Below, one piece after another: positions 1 through 36,700 of a stretch of DNA of 64,000 bases (the first letter of the stretch is position 1; each line of letters begins with the position of its first letter). The position numbers and the translations under genes are program-made. Under the pieces are notes generated by a model. It searched no databases, was not told the DNA's origin, and saw only the letters and a list, made by a program, of their open reading frames with translations. The DNA comes from Amoebidium appalachense (taxonomy: Eukaryota; Protista; Ichthyosporea): positions 11,712,328-11,776,327 of the forward strand of contig CAVNZM010000002.1 in assembly GCA_963693365.1 (NCBI GenBank). Reading direction: 5' to 3'.

Positions 1-367
1 TCTCAGTGACCCACTACAGGGTTCGAAGGTCCGAGCGGCCTCGGATCGGACTTGATTCGGATTTTCCAATTCCATATCGGACGAGCAAGAACCAGATCGG
101 ACGGATCGGCCGGATCGGCCGGATCGGTTCCGCACAGACAGCGAAAAAAAAGCATGGATCTTTTGCTATAAAAAGTAGTACGTATAAAACGCTTTTGATT
201 CGCCTATCTATTTTAGGTGAGCCTCAGGTCTTCAGATGAATATGATCATCATGATCGCAGCCCACTGGATGTTGGGCGTTGTGATAAGTTAGATGACAGC
301 CGATAAAACGAATGTACAACGAATTAACAATTGCAGTAGCTGTTGTAGTGCAACACTTTATTCGAAA

Positions 368-1064
368 ATGCCACCCAAGAACTCAACGAAACCTGCAGGC
401 AAGCAGGGAAACTTGCCCAACATGTTCGTTCGTATAAAACGTACAGCCACTGAAGCAAACCTTACCCCTGCACCCTCACCCGTTAAGGCTCCAACTAATG
501 CTACGAAAATACCTTCTCCCCCTGAAACACTAACAACAAGAATCTGTTTAGGGGAAGCTCTCCTGTGTCCCCCGATCGTTCATTTGCATCTGTCGTCCGT
601 TCGACACCGGGAGCAACACCAGCTGAATCAAGCCCCATCCCCACTCCCACCCCCACCACTACTGTCAGTACCGCGAGTGCTGCCAGCAAGAAAGTCTAAG
701 CAACGTCTGTTTGACGAAGCCACGGCTAGCAAGGAGACCGCCGTTCCCACTGTTTCCATCCCTTCGAGCTCCGAGTCGGAGGAGGATTCCACCAGTGTAC
801 CTTCTGAAAAAGGAAAGGCTCCAAGAAAACGTGTCGGCCGTCCTAAGGAGTGGGCATTTGAGGGCGACTCGGTGCACGTCAAGCTAATACCCCGAGAGGA
901 GCTCACATCCAAAAAATGCCAACAGCTACATGACAAACTCGAGGCTGGCAGAAGAACTACCCATGGCTAGATGCTGTGCCTCCTCGCTCGCACCCCAATC
1001 TGCCTTCGAGGATGCCAAACGACGACCATGAAGTCGAAATGGTTCTCAGCTGTTCACGTTGCAA
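368..1064 (+). pseudogene. Truncated, frameshifted hAT transposase N-terminus with TTF-type zinc-finger start
   Basis: ORF MPPKNSTKP...KRVGRPKEW...DKLE. After a 1-nt shift near 945 it continues WQKNYPWLD...VLSCSRCK, the W-x3-PWL...CxxC pattern of TTF-type fingers. A GTATGT donor follows at 1065. No catalytic core is present. Confidence 0.55.
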
Positions 1065-1101
1065 GTATGTTATGTCCCACACCGTTATAGCGTGTTTGTG
1101 A

Positions 1102-2190
<1,089 letters not shown>

Positions 2191-2390
2191 GCGCGCCACT
2201 ATGCGCCTCGTAAGCTTGCGCATGACGGTGGGTCTAATGTAGGCCTATGCATAACAGCCTGAATGCAGAAGTGTGCACGGCTCTATAAAAACAATTTGTC
2301 GCCTGCATAGAAAAATTTGGAAGTAGGTATACTAGGGGATCCCCGAGGGTCGGAGCGGGGCGGGGCGGGGGGGGGGGGGGTGGGGTGGGT

Positions 2391-2432
<42 letters not shown>

Positions 2433-3333
2433 CGTCCGATATGCCCATCCGATTCGGCCGTGACATGGGATCATATTCAGCTCAAAAAGATCGGATAATC
2501 CGATCGAATAATCGGATCTTCGAACCCTGGAACCCACCCACCCAACATTCCAAGTTTATGGCGGCTCACATGTCCACAACATGAACATTGTACCCACCCG
2601 TATCCATATATAATTGTTGTCCTTGCCATTATTATAATAGTTATAAATGTAAAAAAACATTATATTGAATTATTGGTGTAAAGCTGGCCACTAATGGAAT
2701 AATGATGCAACCCGCACCGGCGGGATCATGATTCAGAGCCGCCTCGCGATGACGACATCCACGCGACAAGTCTCACCTAATAAAAAAGCCAAGCTCACAT
2801 CGATTGGCTAAACACGCACCGATGCCGAATTACCCAATAGGTAGCTGTATATCTTTAGCTTCGACAGATGTCATGGCCCTCTGTTGTTACTAAAGTTAGC
2901 TCTTGGCCCACACCAAGTGGCCGCATGGCTTGTTTGCGCCATCACTGTGCCGGGCACCACACTCGTGTTCAACTTGGTCAGACAGACATGACATCAGTCA
3001 AGTGAGTTTTGCAGCATAAGATCTATTTGTTTTGTCTGGTTTTATCGTAATCATTTTTTTGGTAGCTTATAACGCATATTTGCATAGTAAAAGTATAATT
3101 TTTTCGTAATATACTTCGCCAGCCAAAGCTCAGGGTTTCTCATCACATTTCGCCAGTCATTTCGGCTGTCGTGACACACCAAGCACAGTTTGCAAGAAAC
3201 ACACCCTCACGTCCAAACACACACAATTCACCAAGTGCACGTGAACGCACTTTCTGGAAAGCGATCACTGTAATTTTTGTCAACCAAACTCACTTACTAA
3301 GCACATTTCTAGGGTAAGATTGTAGTTTCTGAT

Positions 3334-4731
3334 ATGGATGCCCTAGAAGAAACCATGGTCGCCGAAGCTGCCTCCCCTTCCCTTGCCATCTCCTTGATGG
3401 TAGGTCGTCGACTCTGCCGCGCACGTACGGCTCTTTTGCTGGGTTATGGGGGGGGGGAAAAGGGATCTGAGAGAAACACGCAGAGGAAATGTTTAAATGT
3501 GAAGACGTGGCTGGGGGAGGGTCAGGAGGAAGAGGAGGAGGAGGAGGTGGTGGTGATAGTGGTGGTGGTTATGGGGGGGGGGGAGGGGAGGGGGGGAGAG
3601 AGAAGGGGGGAAGAGAGAGAGAAGAGAGAGGGAGAGGGAGCGGGGGAGAGAGAGGGGGGGGGAGAGAGGGAGGAGAGGGAGAGAGAGGGGGGGGGGGGGG
3701 AGGGGGGCGACGGGGAGGTTGGGAGGGGCCTTGCCTCTTGTGGATGCGTGTTCTTGTGGGCTCATGCTTTGAGATTTCGGATCCTCTTTCATTCTTTTCT
3801 TCTCCTTTTCTCTCTGTTGTCCTTCATGTTATCACCCCTAACCCCCTCACTGCTCCTTCATCTTGCTTCTCTCCCATCTCCTCTCTTCTTGATCCTCTTC
3901 CCTCCCCTCCTCCCCCCTCCCCCTCCCCCTTCCCCCCTCCCCCCCTCCCCCCCTCTGCCTCCCCAGCATGCTGCCATTGTTGTGCTCATTTTTGCACATA
4001 TACCATGTGTTGCCCGTCGGTAGTCACGTGCTTCTTGCTTCTTCCCCCCCCCCCCCCCCTCCCCCTGCGCCGCTCTCCCCCTCCCTCCCAACCTTCCCAT
4101 TTATGTCCTTTTCAAAATGTAAAATGGCCTGGGCTCCCCCATGGTCCGGTCCCTTGAGATATACTTCACTGTACAGGTGTCGTGTCAAAGGGAGAGGAGG
4201 AGTGGGATGGGGGAGGGGAAGGGGGGAACGGGCGGGCGGGGGGGGTAACATCATCTCAAGTGAGAAGAATATTCATGAATCCAATTGCTCGCAGGCAGGG
4301 GGTCTTGCCGGGACCTCTGTTGATGTTGTTTTGTTTCCACTCGACACCTTAAAGACACGCCTGCAATCAGGTTTCTTTCTTCCCCACGGGGGAGCTTCCT
4401 AGAAGCCCCGTCTCCTGAGTTCCTATCTATATTTTTCTTGCTTCTGCTTACTGCTGCAACTTTAACCCCCGGCCTTTCCCACTGCCCTTGCCTGCATAAG
4501 CAACCCTGCTCGTCTCTGATCAAGACAGGTGACCTACCCATGTTCAAGTGAAACAGTGTCTGAGTTGGGTTCGTTAACGAGGTGAATAGGTCGAAACTCG
4601 GGTACTGTGGATGACGTGGGCCCCCCCTGAGGATGGGCTCTGCTTATTATGCATACTCTTTATGTATGGCTTGCATTCTGCATCGTGTTATCCGTTTGTT
4701 CTTGTGTACTTCGTACTTTTTGACGCATTCA

Positions 4732-4783
<52 letters not shown>

Positions 4784-5256
4784 AAAAAAATTACGTCAAC
4801 CCATTCGAAGACTTCAAATGTTCGGCCCAGAGAGGGACACTGCCTCTCCAATGGCATAGGTCGAACCTAGTGTGTTAACCCTGTGTACTTAAATGTTGTT
4901 TTATTTTCCTTCGTCTTCTTTACCTTCAACTCTCATTATGGGGTGTGTTAAATATCTTCTGCTTGCACAAATGGTTTGATTTCGGTTTTGTGTTTCTATG
5001 TGTTTTTCTTTTTTTCAATGTCTTTAGCTTTCGTGTTTGCTTTCCGTTAATGCACCTGCCCCCCCCCCCCTCCCTGCCCCCCTTCTCCTTTCAGGCGTCA
5101 GTCCTCCAAAAGCCTCGGGAAAGGAAGAGGGCTAGAAGAGGAAAGCAGAGGGATGGGGGAGAGGGGGGGGGGGGGGGGGGGGGAGAGAGAGAGAGAGAGA
5201 GAGAGGAAGAGGGGGGGGGGGGGGGGGGGGGGGAGAGAGAGAGAGAGAGGGGGAGA

Positions 5257-5303
<47 letters not shown>

Positions 5304-5485
5304 CCCCTTCCTCCCGTCCTTCCCCTTCTTACGGGCAGGGGGCATCAAAAAAGGGAGGAACAGAAACCACACGGAGGGAAAAGGGAGGGAAGGGGCGGGT
5401 TGGGGCCGGCGGGTTAGGGGAGGGGAGAGGGGAGTGGAAACGGAAAGGAAGAAGAATTGGCATCATCATTGCTCCCCCTCTTACA

Positions 5486-5516
<31 letters not shown>

Positions 5517-5543
5517 AAAAAAGGAAAAAAAAAAAAAAAAGAA

Positions 5544-5574
<31 letters not shown>

Positions 5575-6111
5575 TAACACATTCTAACCCCCCATCCCGG
5601 ATATTTAGCCCAAGGGTTTGCCAAGGCCGGAGGGTTCCGAGGTGTCTACAGTGGTCTGTCATCCGTCGTTGTTGGATCTGCCCCCGGAGGTATTGCATCT
5701 CCTGCATACTCTTTATGTATGGTTTGCATTCTGCATCGTGTTATCCGTTGTTCTTGTGTACCTCGTACTTTATGACGCAATCACCCCCCCCCCCCCCCCC
5801 CTCCCCCCCTCCCCCCCCCCCCCCCCCCCCACCACCACCACCACCACCACACACACACACGCAAACACCTCATCCTCCCCCCCCCCCCCCCCCCTCCTTT
5901 CTCCCCTCCCTCCCCCCCCCGGTGTCGGCTCGTTAAAGCCAAAGCATGGGCCTGGTTTTGAACCACGTGTGAGAGGTTAAAGAAATGTCCGGCCCAAACG
6001 TTTGTGGAGGCATAGGTGATCATCCCTCAACGACGGGCTCGGTTTCATGCATCTGGTGCCTGCAAAAAAAAAACTCTTGAGGTCTTCTTTCTTATATATA
6101 TTTTATACATA

Positions 6112-6172
<61 letters not shown>

Positions 6173-6201
6173 CCCCTGCTCTCTATCCGTCAACACATGC
6201 A

Positions 6202-6250
<49 letters not shown>

Positions 6251-6826
6251 ACCACCACCACCACCACCACCACCCACCCACCCCTGGGCCCCAAAAACAC
6301 AAAAAAAGGATTTTTTTTTTTTAGTAAAATCTTGCCCCCCCCCCCCCCCCCCCCCCCCTCCCCCCTCTCTTCTGGAGAGGGGGCCCTGCTCATAATGCTT
6401 ATTCTTTGTGCGTGCTATTCAATATTTGCATTGTGTTGTTCGTCGTGAATGTGTATTTGTTACTCTGAAACACATTCCTGACACATTCTCCGCCCTTCTT
6501 GAGAATGGATCAGGCATATGGCTACACACTCTTGTGTTATCAAATGCTTGTGCATATCTTCATTGCCTATACCGTTGTGGATTATTGTTTCCATACTGTA
6601 TAAGGCTCTCTACCCCCCCCCCCCCCCCCTCACCCTGAGCTTCACCCTTCCTTGCCCGTATCTCACACTCACCTGTCCATTCCTCCCTCCCCCCCTCGCC
6701 CTCTCCCCCTCCCCTCTTTACCCATCCTCTCGATACACACACGCGCAGGCGCACACATACCCACACCCACACACACATGAATATAATTACTCACACACAT
6801 ACACAAGCATACCCACACGGACACGC

Positions 6827-6864
<38 letters not shown>

Positions 6865-7940
6865 CGGCGCTCTTCTACGGCACGTACGAGATGTCCAAGC
6901 ACTATCTGGACTCCATCTCCTCCCCCCAATATTCCTCAGTAGTGCACATGGTGGCAGCAAGCTTGGGCGAAGTGGTAAGTGGATAATTGTGTATCGTGGT
7001 AGATGGGGGTATAGGGGCCACACCGGCTAGATATATGGTGTCTGGTTTTACAGTGAGGGAGAGGTATAAGGACCACAGGGCTCGGATACCTAGTGTCTGC
7101 TTCTATACCACATGGTGAAGTATAAGTACCGTGCCGCGCCGTCTAGATGCACGGTGTTTGTTGTTATTATGACCACACCCACTGAATACGTTGTGCATGT
7201 CGCCATTATGATGATTAGGTTTAAGGTCCGTAGAGGCTGGATACATAGTGTTTGTTTCTATGGCAGTGGTGGGGTATAAGGACCACACTGCTTATGGATT
7301 TACTCTGGTAGTGTGTGGTGTTTGATTAGTTGTTAAGTATGAGGACCAGAGGACCCGGATACAAATGTCGTTTGTCCGTACTTTTTTCCAAATATTTATC
7401 CTGGTGTGTTTGGTATGCAATTTTGCTTCATCATCTTTTATGTTCGATTTTGCTTGTCGTCTTTTCACTATTCTCCAAGTGAACCTCTTTCCTTTCCCTC
7501 ACCCCTGCCTCCTTCCATCTCTTTGTTAAGGCTTTGTCGCTTTCTGTGTTGTAGTCTACTTTTCTAACCCTGCCCTTTGATTGTTTCATTTCCCCCCTCT
7601 TCCACCCCCTAATGCCCCCCCCTCCCCCCCCCCCCCCCCCCCCCCCCCCCTTTTCCTTTTCGTCTTTGCGGCTACGGCTGCTACCACACATACACACACT
7701 TTTCTCTCTCTCTCTCTCCCCCCCCCCCCCCCCCCCCCCCCCTCTCCCCTCCACCCCCTCTCCCCCCTCTCCCCTCCCCCTCCCTCTCCCCCCCCCCCCC
7801 CCCTTCCTCTCTCACTCACTTACACACCACACACACACACACACACACGTACACGCACATGCAGCACACACACTCCCCCCTGTCCCCTTCCCCCCATATC
7901 GCCCCCCCCTCCCCCCCCCCCCCCCCCCCAAAAAAAAAAA

Positions 7941-7971
<31 letters not shown>

Positions 7972-8665
7972 CACGTACACGTACAGGCAGGGTGCCTTGT
8001 GCGCGTACCGACGGAGCAAGTCAAGCAGAGAATGCAGGCGCACCCAGGGAGCAGTGCCATGCAGACGGTGAGAGGCATAGTGGCAGACTACGGGGTGTTG
8101 GGCATGTGGAGGGGCTACAGCTCACTCATCATGCGAGAGGTATCCCCCCCCCCCCCCCCCCCCCCCCCCCCTCTCTCTCTCTCTCTCCACCCCCCGTCTC
8201 CCCTTTTCCTTCCCCAGGGTAGCCGGAAAAATGGGAGGACGAAAGGAAGAAGAGAGAGCCTCCCACGCACACATGCAACACGCACAGACAGGCACACACA
8301 CACACCTGGGCACACACACCCGTCCTTGCGCACACATGCACAGACAGAGTCCCCCCCCCCCCCCCCCCCCCCCAACAACAACACACACACACACACACAC
8401 ACAAACAATCACACGACTTCCATGCACACACACACAAACATTCACACGACTCACATGCACACACACACAAACATTCACACGACTCGCATGCACACGCACA
8501 CAAACAATCACACGACTCGCATGCACACACACACACACACACACACGGGGCTCTGTTTTTGTGTTACCTGCTAGTTATACTCGTCGTTTAATGTTTCGTT
8601 TCGGTTTCTGCAACGTTCTTTACTTTATTTATCACTTTACTTTCTGCTGTGTGAAACATTCTCAG

Positions 8666-8706
<41 letters not shown>

Positions 8707-10075
8707 CGCCCTCCCCGCCCTCCCCCCACTTCCCCTGAGGATGGGCTCGGCTTATTTTGCATACTGCGCACGTTGCTAATGTTGCATACTTGAATGTTTG
8801 CTTTTGTCTGTGTCCTGCACCGTGTTTCTCGTCGTGTTCTTGTACTTCTTATCGTTTTCCGGATTCTAACCCCCCCCCCCCCCCCCCCCCCCTCCTCCTC
8901 CGCCCCAACACACACACGCTCGCCCCATTCCCCGCCCCTCCTCTTCCCCCACTGGATGACCTGGGCACCCCCAGAGTCCGGACTCAATTGATAACACATA
9001 CTCTCTGTGTATCCGTTTTTGGCAACATCTGCTTTTTTTTTTTTTGTCGTGAATGTGGTACTTTCTAATCTGTAACACCTTCAACAACAACAACAACCAC
9101 CACCTTCCCCCCTCCTCCCCCCTCCCCCGGCTCCCGGCTCCCCACTCCCTTTCTTCCGACCCCTCCTCTACTTCCTACAACATTGCATTCAGTTTGCTTT
9201 GGGGAAAACAGATAAAAAGGATTACAAGGGAATTCGGTGGTGTGTGTAAAAAGGGTTTTTTGGGCAGTGGCGGCAGCGAGAGCTTTTTTCTGACTTAACT
9301 CTATTCCAGATTCCATTCGCCATCATTCAGTTCCCACTCTATGAGAAACTCAAGGTGAGACCCCCCTCCCCCCCTCCTGGATTACTTGGACCCCCCTACC
9401 ACCACCCGGAGGATAGGCTCTGCTTGTTATGCATGATCTGCGTGTGCTTTGTACTGAGCAATACATTGTCATGTATGTATATGTGTACTTCGTACTCATT
9501 AAAGCAACCACCGCTACTTCCATTTTAGCTGCTGGGCGGCGAGCAACATTGGTGACGTCATTCTGTGCACAAATTCCATGACGCCGTGTCACCCAAAAAA
9601 AAGGCCGCGAAAGGCTGAATTGTATGTCGACATCGGTATTTGACACATTTTGATTTGAGTCTCTTGATTGGTGAGACGCATTTGAGAAATGTGGCTATCG
9701 GCTGGTCAGCGCCCAGACGCTAAAATGGGAGGAGCGGTGGTTGGTTTAACGCATTCTACCCCCCCCCCCCCCCCCCCCCCATCCCCCTCTTTCCCCCCCT
9801 CCCCCCTCCCCCCTTCCCCCCTGGCCAAAAGAGAAACAAAACCATAAACAAACAGCACTGCTTTACTGCTTGGGAATTTCATTGTCTTTACTGTCTGTGC
9901 ACACGGTTTGGTTGAAAGGGCCAGAAAAGAAAACACTCCGGAGTTTTGTATCTCTCTGTGTGTTTGTGTGGGTGAGTGGGTGGGTGAGTTGATGGGCGTG
10001 TGTGGGTGTGGGTGTGGGTGTGGGTTTGGGTGTGGGTGTGGGTGTGGGTGTGGATGTGGATGTGTCCGCGCGCGC

Positions 10076-10155
<80 letters not shown>

Positions 10156-10557
10156 CCGCTTCCGCGTGTCCTCGTGCGTGCGCACTTGCGCGCGTGCATG
10201 TGCATGTGCACAGCTTCTCCCCTCCCCTCCTCCCGCCCCCCCCTTCTTCATCATTCCCCGTGTTACAGCCTCCTTCCTTTCCTTCCCACTTTTTAGCTTC
10301 TGACATGACCGGCTTTTAGAGCGCTTTGACCAGCATTTAACCCTTTTTGGCTACTAACGCTCTGATTCATTGGCTGCAGGTGCTCAAAAAGCAGTATGAC
10401 GGCAAGATAGACCCCTGGGAGGCAGCCATCTGCGGGTCTATTTCGGGGGGCACTGCCGGGGCAATCACCACCCCCCTGGATGTGGTTAAGACGAGAATCA
10501 TGCTTGCAAAGGTGCGTGCTGGTTGGTGGGTCAAAATAATGATATGATTAGATCCCT

Positions 10558-10588
<31 letters not shown>

Positions 10589-11160
10589 ACCCTACACACA
10601 CATCTGCACGTGCTCTCTGTGTATCTTTCTCTCCCTCCCCCTGTCCTCCCTCCCCATCCCTCCCTCCCCCCTTCACACTCTCTGACTGTCGCTCTCCCTT
10701 TCTCTCTCTCTCCCCTGCATGCTCTTAGCGATTGCTCTCTTAGCTCTCTCTCTCTCTCTCTTTTTGCCAAGTATGCATTGTGCTATCGGTCGTGAATGCG
10801 AACTTTGCACACTATTACACGCTCTACCATCCCTCCTCTCTCCCCTCCCCCCCCCCCCCCATCCCCACTCTTTTTTCCGCTGACCTTTCAAACAATTTTT
10901 TCTTGTTTTGGGACTGCCGGATTACGATTCACGAACCACCATTAACCGCCTAACCAACACACTCACCTTGTACTATCCCACAGGATATTCACGGGAGAGA
11001 ATACGGTGGCATATTCGACACGTTTTCGCGTATTCTCAAGGAGGAAGGATGGAGGCGCCTGTACAGTGGGATCGTCCCGCGCACAATGTGGATTAGTGTG
11101 GGCGGGTGTGTATTTTTCGGCGTCATTGAATCGGCGAAAAAGGCACTTATGGGCCAGTAG
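3334..11160 (+). CDS. SLC25A26: Mitochondrial S-adenosylmethionine carrier (SAMC/SAM5-like), 8 exons, 279 aa
   Basis: Exons 3334-3399, 4295-4370, 5609-5689, 6865-6974, 7987-8139, 9310-9354, 10380-10511, 10984-11160, all GT-AG and phase-compatible. Three carrier motifs ([24 protein letters not shown]) plus SAMC-typical [19 protein letters not shown] and [14 protein letters not shown]. Confidence 0.93.
4611..4735 (+). repeat. Dispersed ~135-nt intronic repeat (family A), followed by poly-C
   Basis: ATGACGTGGGCCCCCCCTGAGGATGGGCTCTGCTTATTATGCATACT...GTACTTCGTAC...CGCATTCAAAC(C)n. Homologous copies at about 5703, 6372, 8732, 8952, 9378, 10770, 32115, 51399 (+) and 43145-43266 (-). Confidence 0.8.
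7005..7375. repeat. Degenerate ~55-65 bp tandem repeat in SAMC intron 4
   Basis: Core GTATAAGGACCAC...GGATACMTAGTGT recurs about six times with divergence. Confidence 0.55.
8732..8871 (+). repeat. Family A intronic repeat copy
   Basis: CCCCTGAGGATGGGCTCGGCTTATTTTGCATACTG...TGTTGCATACTTGAATGTTTGC...GGATTCTAAC(C)n; closest to the copies at 32115 and 51399. Confidence 0.8.
9503..9745. mobile_element. Kolobok-like MITE with TTAA target-site duplication
   Basis: TTAA (9499-9502) AGCAACCACCGCTACTTCCATTTTAGCTGCTGGGCG ... CGCCCAGACGCTAAAATGGGAGGAGCGGTGGTTGGT TTAA (9746-9749). About 36-bp imperfect TIRs with an AG-starting terminus. Confidence 0.8.
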
Positions 11161-11654
11161 TATTTTTTCCCTTCTGACGTTTTTGTTTTGTCGGATCCCC
11201 CCCTCCCCCCCCCCCCCCCTCCCCCCCCCCCCCCCTCTTCCCGCCCCCTCCCACCAAACACACACACAAACACTTACTTTCATCCACCCACCCGCCCTCC
11301 CGCCGCCCCTCTTCCCTCCCCCCCCCCTCTCCACCCACACACAACACACAACCACACGCACGTACCCTAATGAGGTGTTGCTATGTTAGTGCAAACAGTA
11401 ATTGTACTCAACGGTTGCAGTATTATCGTGTCTTGATGATGGGCAACTTTAATGATGATTCGTTTAAAGGAGTATAATTACATGAATACCTTATTTCTCG
11501 CTGCATCGCCCTCGAAGAGGGTAGGAACTCACTTTCCCGTGCTTGCCAAATTTGAAAGTTATTACCGTAACCTCCCCCCCCCCCCCCCCCCCCCCCCAAC
11601 ACACACACACACACACACACACGCGCGTGTGCGTGCAACGCAGACATACATACA

Positions 11655-11721
<67 letters not shown>

Positions 11722-12768
11722 CACACATATCTCCCTTGTCGTTTCTTCATTTGTACAGTTGGTCAGTCATAACCCCTTTTTTTTTTTTTTTTTTTTTTTT
11801 CCCCTGTTACCCCTGGCCCTCTTACCTAACGAGTAAATTAATCAAGTACACACTATAATGTTTGATTGTGTATTGGCTGATTCTGCGCAGGATCGCAGGC
11901 AGCGAGCGTGCCAAAGACTAATAAAATTATGAAAGCTTCAGAGAATTTCGGAATCCAGGCATGATCGGGGGGGACGTTGAAACTGTTGAAATTGGAATTC
12001 TTATTCAATATTTGGCAAGGTGCCAGTTTAGATCTTAGACTTGCTAAAAAGCTTCTTCTTACGGTGTATTCCCGCTTGGCCACACGTACGCGTAACGACA
12101 TTATGCATGATCCCCCCTCCCCCCCCCCCCCCCCCCTCCCCCCCCATTTCCCCCCACCGCCCTTTCCGCCGGCCTTCTCCGGTGCACCCCTCCTGCCCCC
12201 CACCTACAAAAATATACATTACTGTGACACCACAGCCACCACGTCCTATCCCACCCCCTAGATAGACATTCACACAGATCCCACCCCCTTCAGGGCCTCC
12301 ATAATATATTGGCCGAGTACGAACGTTTCCCCGGGCCGTCTCCACCGTGGCCACGTGCTCACACCCACAGACACACGTATTCATGTATTTATGTATACGT
12401 TACACACGTATTCGTGTATCTTACACACCCATTCATTGATGTATGTTACACACCCACCCACCCACATATGGAAACGGTTCAGACGCCGTTGATCATGAGG
12501 CTCCCACCCCCTTAGGCCTCCAACCGGTACCCTAGACAGGCAGCTGGCACCTAGATCTATATATGGTAAAAGCGCGAAGGTGGGCCACGGGCAGCCGATC
12601 GGTTGAAGTCAGATTGCACGTCAGAGAACGACAGCAAACAAAAAGGACTGAGGCAAGGAAACGCCGGTGGGGGCAACGGCTACATGTACATACACGAATG
12701 CCTCATGTTTTACAAGCAAAGCACCATGACTGGGCCCGACACTATTTTCTTGAGCTCAAGTTGAAGAG

Positions 12769-25568
<12,800 letters not shown>

Positions 25569-26289
25569 CCCCTAAAGGGGCTTTGTTTTACTCTGATTTA
25601 TGCACAAGGCCCTTTCGGGTCGGGCCAAAATGCTGTGTGATTTGCTTTGGGGTCTGACCCAACTCGAATCCCTGATAGCTTTAAGGTTTTCTTCACGCTC
25701 GTATGCTTGTTTCCAAGTCCTTCTATCCTGGATGTGACGGTGATTACGAATCACGAATTGAGTTTTCTGTTTTTTTGTTTTTGCCCCTGTATTAAATGAA
25801 TGAACGAATGTCTTTTTCCATTCCGCCGTTGTTACGAAAGTTGGAAAAATAAAGAGAGAGCCAGCGACAGTTGGGGTTCCGGGAGAGGGGGGGGGGGAGG
25901 GGGGAGGGGCTACGGATTTGTTCAATTCAGGTGATAATGAGTTGGGTTCCACCGCAACCTCCCACCTCATTAGGTTTCTTTAATTTCTGTTTGATAATTA
26001 TGTATGCCTCGAGTGACCGATGATGATGGGAAATAGTAAGTTTTTATTCTTAAACAGCTGGGTGCCCCATGTGTGGATAGTGGAGGTGGTCATGGTGATG
26101 GGAGTGACTATGGTGGTGTACGTGGTTTTTTTCTTCCTTTTTTATTTTATTATATTTATTTAAGTAGTTTAGTTTTAAAATAATTTTTCACTTTTACTTT
26201 TTTTTTTTTCCCTGGGTGGTGGTGGTGGTGGTGGGTGGGTGGGTGATGGTGGTGGTGGTGGTGGTGGTGGTGGTGGTGGTGGTGGTGGT

Positions 26290-26360
<71 letters not shown>

Positions 26361-27247
26361 CGGGCAGATGTCTCGACGATCTGCACATTTGATCACGATC
26401 TCTTTGGGGATCCCTAGGCCTGGTGTACGTATTTATGCCTTCATAATCTCTCATAATATAGATTGACCTAGCTATTGAAACAAATTCATGTTCTGAGGGC
26501 TGCAGCATTAGCATGCACATATGAGTAACTGATTTGTCACATGCAACCATCAATACTCAGTAATTACTTAGGGGCGCCGTGAAATTTTGGCAAGCACCGC
26601 GTACACCAAGAGAAATAATGGGTTATGGCTTACTGCCATCAGCAAGTTGCCAAAGTATGATATAGAAAAGCCTAAGCCTACGTAAGCTAACAAGTAGTAA
26701 CTATTATAGTTTCTAATATCTTGGTATATATATCTATGTATAGAATACATACATATATACATGTGCGTGTGGGTGCGTGCCACATGTGGCGGTGGTGTGT
26801 ACACATGTGTGTGTGTACATGTGAATGACGGAATGTATGATATTTATTGGCATTAATGTACAATGTTTCTATTGGTGCGCACGCGGCTGCCAGGATAAAA
26901 TACACAAACCGGAAACGCTACTCGCACTGCTGATTTTTGGCTTTTTAATTCTAATATTAAACACTAGTTTATAGTTAATAACTAATTCTATGCGTTGATT
27001 CGTGGTTTATTTCGCCTAATGAATTAATTGCCACATTCCATTGCTTTTCTACATTCGCAGAAATATGCAGTCTTTCGCCAAACGACACCGTTCGGAATAC
27101 GACCCAACCTCCCGCACCCTCACTCTCCCACACATCCCTTGCTTTACCCACCGCGTGTGTCCGCCCTTTTTATACTGATATTGTTGCTTCTAAACATTGT
27201 CTTTTTTAGGGTAAAGAAGTAGGGAAGGGCAGAAGAAAGTAGAAAGG

Positions 27248-35681
<8,434 letters not shown>

Positions 35682-36222
35682 GGTATTGGTGTTGCCTAAA
35701 TATATCCAACGGTTATAATAATATTGTTGCGATCAAATGTGTGGTGTAATACACCTTCAGATAATAGATTATATAGTGGTTACTGCTAAAGGGAGCATAC
35801 GGGGATATGTATCTTGGTTTAGTGCGATAGCTTGCTCTAGGATATGATGTGTGTGGGCAAATGGAGTTATGATATTTGTGCTGCTGTAGTAAGATTAGCT
35901 TTATTTAATTTATATATCTGCCACGGTATGGATATCTATACACAATGTGAAATAATAATTCAAAAAAATCAAAAGACATCCAAGCATTCAGTGGTGGTAA
36001 ATCTATATTAGCGTGAGTATAAAGGGTTCTTGACTTGAACCAAAGAACGGTTGCACTTACTGGCACTTTCTGATAAAGCCATATTCCCATGAATTTAATA
36101 ATAAAGGCCGTACGAGTCATACCATGAGCTGCCACGTACCAGAAAGTCAAGTTTTGATTGTGTTTGGCATTTTTGATCACATATAATTGACAAATGCTTA
36201 AAAAAAGAGTTATCGCCATATT

Positions 36223-36700
36223 TGGGCAAAGGTTTCAATCAGGGAGCTCACTCTGCTCAGCCCGTGCCGCACGCTCTGCACTTGCAATGCAGATGGCTCA
36301 CTGTTTGCACACCACTCACTGTTTGCATATGGCTCACTGTACATGTTTGCACACCGCTCCTTGTTTGCCCTTACCAACTGCTCACTGTTCAAATTTGCAC
36401 ACCACTCACTGCTTGCATATCACTCACCACTTGCACATGGCTCATTGTGTGCACACCGCTCATTTAAGTGCATTGCACACCAATGCTCACTGTTTGCACA
36501 TAGCTCACTGTTTGCACACCGCCGAAGGCTCATACATGTTTTGCTCACGCACGATCAGTTGTGAACGTCGCTCACTGCTTGCGATTGCACATCGATCACT
36601 CTCTAAATTTGGACATTGCTCACTGCTTGCACATTGCTCACTGTATATTTAACATGTGCAAACGGTTCATGATCATGAACGAGCTTTCAAATAGTTGCCC
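36223..36700. repeat. Degenerate ~18-bp tandem array (GCTCACTGTTTGCACAYM), possibly a MITE interior
   Basis: Unit repeated more than a dozen times over 36295-36645. Weak inverted termini GGGCAA...TTGCCC. Confidence 0.7.

Noticed and set aside
4611-4735. Family A as a C/D-box snoRNA
   Set aside because: GGATGA and CTGA occur near the 5' end, but there is no terminal D box or closing stem and copies are often truncated.
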